A stretch of DNA of 64,000 nt from a virus: the IMG/VR virus record IMGVR_UViG_3300045996_001561, positions 15,345-79,344 of that record. One strand, written 5' to 3'. The translations under genes and the position numbers were made by a program. A model generated the notes under the pieces. That model had not been told where the DNA came from. It ran no database searches and saw nothing but the letters and a program-made list of their open reading frames with translations. Shown one piece after another: positions 56,200 to 64,000 of the stretch; the stretch's first letter is position 1; every line of letters starts with the position of its first letter.

Positions 56200-57234
56200 T
56201 CATCCCCTCCCTCGCAACAGGCCACGTCGCGCCCACCACAGGTAGTCGACGAGCAGCACCTTACTCGTCGTGGTGACCGCCGCGCATTGCGTAAACGCTT
56301 CGTAGACCGCTGTGACGTTGCTGACGCCGGTATGCTCGACGGGATTCCCCTCGATGGGGTTGAGGGGGTCGGTAACGTCGGTGACGGTGCCACGCCAATG
56401 GCCCGCCCCGAGGCGCTTGAAGTTGAAGATGTACCAGTGGTTGAGGACAACAGGAAGTCCGGTGTCGATGGCTGTTGATGCGCTTGCCACGATCTTGCGG
56501 AACCACCATGTGGTGTGCCCCGATGGGGTGTTGTACCAGAAGGTCAGGGACTCGGCAAAAGACGTGGAGTGGTTGGTGAGTCCGATCAGGAATTGCGCCC
56601 CGGTGATATCGCCGGACACCCCGACCATGAACTCAAACTCGGTCAGGCTATTCGGTTGGGTGTATCCGAGGGTGTAGGCGAATTGATAGGATCCCGCCGT
56701 ATTCCCGGCGTGAAGCTCCATGATCCCGGGGTGGTTGGCATCGACGCCCTGATTCGCCGCGATGGCGAAGCTGCCTGACCCCGCCCATGTCCACCGGGCC
56801 ATCCCGATATCCCCGGATGCCCCCACCCATCCCACGTCGAAATCATCGATGAAGAACGTGTCCGGAAGGCCACGGCGGGGAGCGGCCCACATGGTGTTCT
56901 CGTCGGGCATGACCCCGAGGACGCACGGCGACCCCTTGGCATAGGTGTAGATCACATGCTGCCCCGGTCGCGGCGTCACATGGTTGAGGGGCACGAACCA
57001 CGGGCCATCGCCGGTCGCGGGATCGTTGAACACGTCGATGCGGATCCGGCTGACCTCGTCGACGTCGGTGACCATCCCGACCTGCAGACCGGACTCCTGC
57101 ACAGCCCGCGCCACATCCTCTGCCTGGGCGCGCTGCACGCCGCGTAGGGACATCTCCTGATGGTCGAGGATCGTCCGGGGGTGCCCCGACGCCATCTGAT
57201 GAACAAGATCGTGATCTTCGCCGCCGTGAACCAT
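56200..57234 (-). CDS. Minor tail protein
   Basis: Follows the Tal-like gene; beta-sandwich C-terminus. Confidence 0.6.
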   Translation of the reverse strand: MVHGGEDHDLVHQMASGHPRTILDHQEMSLRGVQRAQAEDVARAVQESGLQVGMVTDVDEVSRIRIDVFNDPATGDGPWFVPLNHVTPRPGQHVIYTYAKGSPCVLGVMPDENTMWAAPRRGLPDTFFIDDFDVGWVGASGDIGMARWTWAGSGSFAIAANQGVDANHPGIMELHAGNTAGSYQFAYTLGYTQPNSLTEFEFMVGVSGDITGAQFLIGLTNHSTSFAESLTFWYNTPSGHTTWWFRKIVASASTAIDTGLPVVLNHWYIFNFKRLGAGHWRGTVTDVTDPLNPIEGNPVEHTGVSNVTAVYEAFTQCAAVTTTSKVLLVDYLWWARRGLLRGRG

Positions 57235-57237
57235 GCC

Positions 57238-59163
57238 CTATCCCCACGCTGCCGTTGCAAACTCGATCACCCGCGTGAGATTGTGGGTCATCTCCCACGG
57301 CAATCCAAGCTGCAGCGTCCACCCCCGGCACCAGTAGCGCCCTTGCCCCGACGCAATCGGATTGCCGAAGGCGTCGGTCATATTCAGTTCGTAGACCTCG
57401 GGGTAGCCACGCAGCATGACCTCGGTCGTCAGCCGCACCCGGATGGGAATCAGCGAGGCGTCACGCAGCGCCTGATCGGCAATCGCTATCGCCTCGGCCT
57501 CTCCCGAGATGAGGGGCACGTTCACATCAGGAAGGTCGATAATGCGCCCCAGGCTGGCGATGGAGAGGGGATGGGTCGGGTCGTTGTTGGCCCGCACCAC
57601 CGACACGGGCACATTCCAGTAGTCCGTGCGGACGTACTGGTAATACCCGGGCTGCCCCGGAGACCCCCCTTTGCGCTTCTTCTTCTTCTTCTTCCCCTTC
57701 TTCTTCCCCTTCGACCCAGGAACGGGATCAACCCATTCGTACACCGGCTGGGAAAGCTGCTGGGCGCTAAAGACCCGCACGCGATTGCCTACCCGCGAGA
57801 CTTCCGGCTCCACGTCGAAGGGCCAGCGGATCCGCGAGTTCTCGCCTGTTGCCAGCACGATGGAGGGTTCAATGTGCGCCGGGTCGGTGCCCGCGATCTC
57901 GGATCGAATGATCCCCTGCGGACTCACCCACGGCTTTTGGAAGCCCGCACCCTGGAGGATCTGGGTGAGCGTCTCCAGAACGCTTGTTCCGTTCTCAACG
58001 GCGAAGTCCTGCTGGAATATCGCATCCCCGAGGTTGATGGCGACCTGCGATCGATCGAGACCGACGATGTCAAAGAGCAGCAAGTCGACGGCCGCTTGAT
58101 AGCGGTTCCCCGCGTAGACAAGGAACCCCGAGGCCGCGACCGCTTCCTCTTCGGCCCCGAAGGTCGGTCGAAGCTCCGGGCCACGCATCATCCATGTGGA
58201 CAGGAGGGCCAGCATATCTTTCCCATCGTACGTCCACTGATCGTGCCCACCGCTCCACCGCTCCTTGGGCGGGTCGACCATGAACATGCCGATAGAATCT
58301 TCCTCCACCGTCCCATCGACATACTCGATCCGCAACGTGACGCGCACGTACTCGTCGGCAAAGGGGGATATCAGCCCGGGATCGTTCAGAATGAGATTGC
58401 ACGACCCCTTCCACTGATCGGCGTCCAGGTCGTAGTTGACGCTGCCGTCGATGAAGTTCTCCGTGATCTCGCGCAGGATCTGGTTCTTGCGGTTGACCAC
58501 ATGGAGTCGGATCGAGGGGTAGACCACCCCACCCGATCCCAGCACTGGCCCAATCGTGAACGCGGCGCGATCGGAGGGCGACCCGTTCACCGTCCCTTCC
58601 CAGGAGTAGTTTGGGCCAGCCGATCCGTGGACAAACGCATCAACGGGCTGATTACGGCGAATGTCTGCGCCACCCAGGTAGAAGGTCGTGGCGGGAGCGC
58701 CAACACTGATATCGTTGACCACTTCGATGCGGACGTTGCGGATCGCCTTGGTGGTGACAATGGGCTGCATGATGATGCGCTGGAAGTCCGTGGATCCTGC
58801 AGGAATCCACACGAGATTTCCGTACGTCCCGGTGTCGTCGGTGTAGATCGCCACAAGGCGGGCATAGAGGATGTTGTGCGGCACCGGCCCCGAGAGATGG
58901 ATCATGCCGGAGATCGTGGATCCAATGGGAACGCGACTGGCCCACAACGGGTCATCCCAATTCCCCGCATCGATGATGGTCACGCTCGTCTCGCCAGCAT
59001 TCAGGACATAGCGCATGCTATTCACCCCTGAATAGCTGCGGTCGCTGACGAGGGTTGCCGTGGAGAGGCCGCTGGCCGACCAGACGGCCCAATAGGATGA
59101 GCCGACCGGGCGTGGGTTATGGACGAGGTTCTTGGCGGCGGAAATCAGCGTGTTCTCGCTCAC
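57238..59163 (-). CDS. Tail tip / baseplate hub (Tal-like) protein with N-terminal CBM-like domain
   Basis: NLVHNP start; FIDGSVNYD..KGSCNL..IGMFMV..GKDMLALL. Confidence 0.7.
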   Translation of the reverse strand: MSENTLISAAKNLVHNPRPVGSSYWAVWSASGLSTATLVSDRSYSGVNSMRYVLNAGETSVTIIDAGNWDDPLWASRVPIGSTISGMIHLSGPVPHNILYARLVAIYTDDTGTYGNLVWIPAGSTDFQRIIMQPIVTTKAIRNVRIEVVNDISVGAPATTFYLGGADIRRNQPVDAFVHGSAGPNYSWEGTVNGSPSDRAAFTIGPVLGSGGVVYPSIRLHVVNRKNQILREITENFIDGSVNYDLDADQWKGSCNLILNDPGLISPFADEYVRVTLRIEYVDGTVEEDSIGMFMVDPPKERWSGGHDQWTYDGKDMLALLSTWMMRGPELRPTFGAEEEAVAASGFLVYAGNRYQAAVDLLLFDIVGLDRSQVAINLGDAIFQQDFAVENGTSVLETLTQILQGAGFQKPWVSPQGIIRSEIAGTDPAHIEPSIVLATGENSRIRWPFDVEPEVSRVGNRVRVFSAQQLSQPVYEWVDPVPGSKGKKKGKKKKKKRKGGSPGQPGYYQYVRTDYWNVPVSVVRANNDPTHPLSIASLGRIIDLPDVNVPLISGEAEAIAIADQALRDASLIPIRVRLTTEVMLRGYPEVYELNMTDAFGNPIASGQGRYWCRGWTLQLGLPWEMTHNLTRVIEFATAAWG

Positions 59164-59909
59164 ACCGCACCCTCGGTGTAGGCGATGCGGCGCATCGTCC
59201 ACGACAGGCGGTAGCGCACGCCACCGGGAAGGTAGTCAACCTCGGCATCACCATTGAAGCGACTGAACCACTTGTCGCCACGCGGGTGTCGCACGCAAAT
59301 GGGATCCCGCGTGTCAAAGAGGGTGGTAAACGCGGATTTCAGTTGTTGTGCCGTCACCCCATCGGCCCGGTCGTAGAGACTAGCCGACATGGGGAGATCG
59401 CGCCCACGCAGAGATCCGGCAAGCTCGATATAGTTCGATCCCCCAGCCGGGATCTGCCACTCCTGGGTCTGCAGGAGTCGCTCACGGAAGCTGTCCCAGG
59501 CGTCAAAGACCACGCGGCGCGAGATGGGCGCGGCCGTGTTGACCATCGAGATATAGGGCAGGGTGATCTGCGCCGCGACCTGCGCCCACAACCCGGCAGT
59601 TACCGCGCCACTTGCGCCCTTGACGAACTGGAAGATCTGATAGGTGGTGTTCTTGCCCGAGCGTGGGTAGTGGTAGGTGAACTGCGAGACGGCCGGGTCG
59701 GTAAAGCGGGCAATGCGCGTGACCTGAACGTCGTCGAGTGCCCAGATCTCAATGCGGTCGATGTTCTCCGGGGCCGTGGGGATCGTCGACCATGTGAGCC
59801 GCACGGAGCTTGGATACCCCGGCACGTCGAACAGTTGGGCGAGGGTGGCGAGGGTGACGTTCGATGCCACCCCGGGAGCGGTGAAGTCGATCGTAAACGG
59901 AACGGGCAT
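59160..59909 (-). CDS. Distal tail (Dit-like) protein
   Basis: Position; PICVRHPRGDKWF. Confidence 0.55.
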   Translation of the reverse strand: MPVPFTIDFTAPGVASNVTLATLAQLFDVPGYPSSVRLTWSTIPTAPENIDRIEIWALDDVQVTRIARFTDPAVSQFTYHYPRSGKNTTYQIFQFVKGASGAVTAGLWAQVAAQITLPYISMVNTAAPISRRVVFDAWDSFRERLLQTQEWQIPAGGSNYIELAGSLRGRDLPMSASLYDRADGVTAQQLKSAFTTLFDTRDPICVRHPRGDKWFSRFNGDAEVDYLPGGVRYRLSWTMRRIAYTEGAV

Positions 59910-62900
59910 CAGACCATGACCTCAATCTTTCCGTCATCGATCCAGAGCCGCGCGAGGTAGCTCCCGTTGTCTGCCAGATACCCGATCGGCACGCGGTGCT
60001 GCCGTGCCGTTTGGTCGGAAATCCAGTCGGAACTATAGACGATGACACCTGTGACGGCGTCGACGATGTCGACCTTGTAGCGCCACTGCTCCCCGGCCGT
60101 GAGCATCCACACCACCACCGGATCGGTCGTGTTGATGACCTGTCCCGATGCGGGGCTGACGATGGTGGCGGCAGGCCCGATGGTGTAGATGATGCGCTCA
60201 GGCTTCGTCCACTGTCCCGCGCTGTTGACGTCCCTGCCGCGCGCCCGAATCTCATAGGTGTCAAGAACGGGCATGTCTGCCGTCACCGCCTGATAGGAGA
60301 ACGCTCCCGACCCGAGGGAGGTCGCATCGCGGCGATAGCGCGATCCGTGATCGGTAGAGAATTCGTCGAAGTCCATGTTGACCGGATAGACGACCGATCC
60401 CGGCGCTGTGGTGACCATGCCCGACACGCCGTACCAGACGGTCTTGGCCCCCGGTGGCGCAATCGCTGTAAAGACCAGTTCGCGCCACGTATTGAGCGGT
60501 GGGTCGAAGGGTTCGCTGTACTCGATGACCAGCAGCCCTCCGGAGTCCGTTGACCATTCAAGACGGATATACCCGGAGACGAAATCGTGCGACCGGCGAA
60601 ACCAGGCACGGAAGGTGTATGGCTCCCCCGGGACGCATGGGAGTGAGGATCCCAGATTCTGTTGCAGATAGCGCGCTTCGTCGTTGACGAACAGCGGGCC
60701 AGCAGCGATCGATAGGCGGGCATAGCCAAGCCCCGCGTACGGGGTGTCCGTTTGGCGCGATGCCGTCCCCACGTTCCCCTGCTTGACCCACCCCGACAGA
60801 TCGAGATCAAAGGTGCCGTTGTAGACCGGGAGTGGCCCCAGGATATCCACGTCTCCAACCAGTCCATAGGACGACAGGTTGGCGTGAGGATGGAGGGTGA
60901 AGGAATTGAGCCGGTTATGCCACGCATCACTCACCCACAACGTGGACTCGGCTGTTGAGAGCGCGACTCCCCGTGGGGAGCGAAGCGTTCCGACCGGGTC
61001 GGTGAGGACTGATGGTGGGATGCCAACAATGCCCAGGAACCGTCCATCGTGGTCAAACACCTGAACGTCGGCCCTTCCCGAGTCGGCCACATAGACGTTG
61101 CCCGTGTCCTTTCCAACCGCCACACTCTGGGGGTTGATAAACTGCCCGGGTTCATATCCGTACTCCCCCCATTCGATCATAAATTCAGGGGTCGAGGTGA
61201 AGAGGGAGAATTTCTGGATTCGCGCGTTTCCCGGGTCGGACACGTAGAGCGCCATCCCATCGGGGGAGAGGGCAACACCCCACGCGCCACTGAACTTCCC
61301 GGGTTCACTCCCACTCCCACCGATTACCGTGACCGCTTCGCCGGTCGAGCAGAGCCGCTTGTAGACCGTATCCAACGACGTGAAGTAGACGTGCGCTCCA
61401 TCCGTGGCAACGTCCTGTGCCGTGCTATTCACATTCGACGACGTCCATTGCAGCGCAAGGAGGCTGTTGTACTTCCGAATGGTATAGGTTGGCGCATTGT
61501 TGGTGGTGACATAGATGTTGCCACTTGGATCAACGGCGACTCCAATGATGCCCGTTATCCCGGTGATGCTATTCACATACGCACCGGAACTGCTCCGGAT
61601 AATCAGCCGATTGTTGATATAGTCCGCGATATACACCTTGTCGTCGCTACCGACAGCAACCTGCAGCGGCGTGTTGAATTGGTCGGTCGTCGATCCCAGC
61701 GACCCGTACCGATTCGCAGGAACGGCAATCGCATTGCGTGGATAGGGCGCGCTAGGAACGTCGTCAGGGTCACTCACGGTGAATAACACCAGTGGCGGGC
61801 TGGTCACGGCCGTGGCGTCGGCGGGACTCAGGTTGGCTGCTTGATTCGGCGGGTCGTTCAGATAGAAGTAGCGGCGTCCCACCCAATCGCTGACCATGCC
61901 ATCCTGGCTGACAAGCTGGGCCTCGACCGCATAGCGCCCTCCCCAATCCAGGGGAACGAAGTTGAGGTCAGTCCATGAGAGGCGCTGCCCGTTGCCACTT
62001 GTGGTGTACATATAGGTCACCCACGGGCTGACCTGATCCTCTCGATACTCACCGCTGAGGTTTTGCTTGAGCAATCGGATCCTGCGCTTGATCCCAAACT
62101 TTGACCTTGGGTGCGTGTAGTACCAGCCGAAGTAATCCGGTGTCTGGGTGAAGATCTTGGTGTCGTCGAATTCTGGGTAGTAGAAGTTCGCCATTGGGGC
62201 GGCAGACATCACGAAGTCGGTCGATCCGTCCGGCCCCTCGGTTTCCAGATCGCGCCCGCCGTACCCCACGCCATTGATACCGCCAAGCTCGTCGTGCGCC
62301 TCCACCGTCCAGGCGTACGTCGTGTCGTTGCGCCAATCGGTCGGGGGGTCGACCTTGTAGGGATGGTCGTCGGGCAGGTTCGCGGTCAACCCCCACTTGT
62401 GGGCCAGATACCCCTCAACCTTCTCCCGGTCGTCGGTCGAGAGCGTGGGGAATACGAGGATCTCGTAGATCACACCGTCGAAGGGGCTGGTAGCCCCATC
62501 CCATTCGTGGCCGATGCGTGTCACCCGACCGGCGTCAAGTGTCACAGCATGCGTTCCGCTCTGCCATCTGCCGTTCAAACTCAAGTCCCAGGTGGTTGCC
62601 CCGAGGGTGCTTCCGACGATGGCAGGAACCCCCGGGGTCACAGCCCCGATGGTGTACGTCCCTATCCCTGTCACCCATTCTTTCCCACTAATGGGCCTCC
62701 CAAGGGTGTCGAACATCAACAACCGCCCACCTGTCGCACCATCTGTTGCGAGAATGGCTCGGTTGAAGCTCAGATTGTCCACCTTCACCACGGCGAGTAC
62801 CGTCTCGTCGTGAGAGGATGCGGTCAGGGTGGTAGTGAGCCAGTCGTGACTGACAAACTCCACCCCGGGAAGATCGTTGAGGGTGAGTCCGGCAGCAGAT

Positions 62901-63772
62901 CGAAAGAGCGGCCTATTGTCATTGGTTGCCTGGGTCGCAGAGACGTTGTAGGCCGATCTGTCAAGCCATGAATTCACGACTGTCTGGTCGGCGTTGCCGA
63001 TCAGGTTGGCCGCATCCCACCATGCCCGGGGCGACAACCCCCCGGGAACTACGGGCAGCGGGGAGAGGATCGTCGGACGGATATTGCGATGGGGATGGGC
63101 GGTAGGCAGGCTGGTCTGCATGCTGTACTTGTGGGCCAGATAGCCTTCGACCTGCTGCTGCTCTGCCGTGGAGAGCGCGCCCTGATAGATGATGATCTCG
63201 GCAATATCACCCTGGAAGAACTCGGTGGTTCCTGTCGATCCCACGATGAGGTCTGCGGCCGTCCCGAGGTTATTGGCTCCCGCGTTCCCCAGCACATTGA
63301 CCCCATTGAGGGCACCCCGGGACTTCGTGGTGTCATAGACATGGGAGTGAATGAAGAATGCCGTGTTGTTGATCGTTCCCGTTTCAAATCCAACCCCCGA
63401 CCACATGCGGATGAGGTTTGTGGCGTCAAGGTAGCCAAAGAGCGAGAGTCCGTTTCCCAGGAGGGTATAGATTCTGGACAGCTTCGCCACGGTCTGCTTC
63501 GCCACGACGAATACGGTGATGGGCTGGGTGGCATCGATGGTGGTGCCGAACGCGACGAGGTCGTCGCTCACCCCATCGAAGCGGACGGCGGGCATCCCGG
63601 CAATGGCACTCTCGATGAAGGTTGGTCGATCCGCCTGGACGCTATTTGACAGGTGTCGATTGTTCCCCGAGAGATCGTCCCATTGAACAACCTCCGCGCC
63701 ATTGGCAACCGATCCCCACATGCTGAAGGCGTCATACCATGCCAGGAGGTTTCGTCTGAGGGAGAACGGCAC
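59909..63772 (-). CDS. Large tail / receptor-binding protein: two LamG-like domains, NHL repeats, CBM-like domain
   Basis: Duplicated AWYDA..WDDLSGN..GDIAEIIIY..VEGYLAHK units; NHL repeats (FNTPLQVAV, FSGAWGVAL, FINPQSVAV). Confidence 0.75.
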   Translation of the reverse strand: MPFSLRRNLLAWYDAFSMWGSVANGAEVVQWDDLSGNNRHLSNSVQADRPTFIESAIAGMPAVRFDGVSDDLVAFGTTIDATQPITVFVVAKQTVAKLSRIYTLLGNGLSLFGYLDATNLIRMWSGVGFETGTINNTAFFIHSHVYDTTKSRGALNGVNVLGNAGANNLGTAADLIVGSTGTTEFFQGDIAEIIIYQGALSTAEQQQVEGYLAHKYSMQTSLPTAHPHRNIRPTILSPLPVVPGGLSPRAWWDAANLIGNADQTVVNSWLDRSAYNVSATQATNDNRPLFRSAAGLTLNDLPGVEFVSHDWLTTTLTASSHDETVLAVVKVDNLSFNRAILATDGATGGRLLMFDTLGRPISGKEWVTGIGTYTIGAVTPGVPAIVGSTLGATTWDLSLNGRWQSGTHAVTLDAGRVTRIGHEWDGATSPFDGVIYEILVFPTLSTDDREKVEGYLAHKWGLTANLPDDHPYKVDPPTDWRNDTTYAWTVEAHDELGGINGVGYGGRDLETEGPDGSTDFVMSAAPMANFYYPEFDDTKIFTQTPDYFGWYYTHPRSKFGIKRRIRLLKQNLSGEYREDQVSPWVTYMYTTSGNGQRLSWTDLNFVPLDWGGRYAVEAQLVSQDGMVSDWVGRRYFYLNDPPNQAANLSPADATAVTSPPLVLFTVSDPDDVPSAPYPRNAIAVPANRYGSLGSTTDQFNTPLQVAVGSDDKVYIADYINNRLIIRSSSGAYVNSITGITGIIGVAVDPSGNIYVTTNNAPTYTIRKYNSLLALQWTSSNVNSTAQDVATDGAHVYFTSLDTVYKRLCSTGEAVTVIGGSGSEPGKFSGAWGVALSPDGMALYVSDPGNARIQKFSLFTSTPEFMIEWGEYGYEPGQFINPQSVAVGKDTGNVYVADSGRADVQVFDHDGRFLGIVGIPPSVLTDPVGTLRSPRGVALSTAESTLWVSDAWHNRLNSFTLHPHANLSSYGLVGDVDILGPLPVYNGTFDLDLSGWVKQGNVGTASRQTDTPYAGLGYARLSIAAGPLFVNDEARYLQQNLGSSLPCVPGEPYTFRAWFRRSHDFVSGYIRLEWSTDSGGLLVIEYSEPFDPPLNTWRELVFTAIAPPGAKTVWYGVSGMVTTAPGSVVYPVNMDFDEFSTDHGSRYRRDATSLGSGAFSYQAVTADMPVLDTYEIRARGRDVNSAGQWTKPERIIYTIGPAATIVSPASGQVINTTDPVVVWMLTAGEQWRYKVDIVDAVTGVIVYSSDWISDQTARQHRVPIGYLADNGSYLARLWIDDGKIEVMV

Positions 63773-63801
63773 CCACAGCGACCCCCAAGGGTGCGTCTCG
63801 G

Positions 63802-64000
63802 TTAAGGGAGCGGTACCGTCCGGGGGAGTGGTTGGGAAGTAGTCGACCGCGCTGATGAACCGATAGCTGCCCGACTCCTTGCGGTACAGGCGAAGGATGT
63901 AGCGTCGGAGGTAGTCGTTATACCCCTCGGCACGATCCGGATCACTGATGGTGAACGTGAAGTCGGGCGTGATGTCGGTGAGAACGACGTCATCCCGAGG
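63802..64000 (-). CDS. 3' end of a tail protein (truncated by the window edge)
   Basis: Open frame reaching the window end, upstream of the RBP. Confidence 0.45.
   Translation of the reverse strand, partial: LGMTSFSPTSRPTSRSPSVIRIVPRGITTTSDATSFACTARSRAAIGSSARSTTSQPLPRTVPLP

Noticed and set aside
59909-63772. Diversity-generating retroelement target
   Set aside because: The two LamG-like domains are old protein-level duplicates; no reverse transcriptase or adenine-specific TR/VR pair was seen.

Overview
This window is a high-GC tailed dsDNA bacteriophage genome (or most of one), opened inside its virion operon. Minus strand, 1-12.3 kb: HNH endonuclease, ParB-like/DNA methyltransferase, TerS, TerL, portal, moron genes, protease/scaffold, decoration protein and the 5' part of the major capsid gene. 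12.4-18.7 kb: an array of back-to-back sigma70-type promoters driving small genes, beginning with a very unusual TA-rich segment. Plus strand, 18.7-45.1 kb: early/middle genes (protein-lysine-methyltransferase-like, ParB-like, HTH replication initiator with iterons, T7 gp4-like primase-helicase, VRR-NUC, ASCH, SWIM, many hypotheticals). Minus strand, 45.2-64 kb: tail/receptor-binding and lysis genes. Secreted Cys-rich and Tat-signal proteins suggest a Thermomicrobiales (Chloroflexota) host (inference). Main finding: 26 near-consensus TTGACA-N17-TAnnnT promoters were found by eye. About 16 early-gene leaders (15 directly behind these promoters, one inside a gene) carry a hairpin with a variable stem and a conserved ACGGAA loop, followed by an extended SD GGAGGAAAC(C). 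One promoter (20039-20067) instead drives a ~133-nt structured non-coding RNA that exposes exactly the two complements, GGUUUCCUCCG and CUUCCGU. This looks like a phage-encoded, trans-acting antisense RNA controlling a genome-wide early regulon. All calls come from motif reading without databases.
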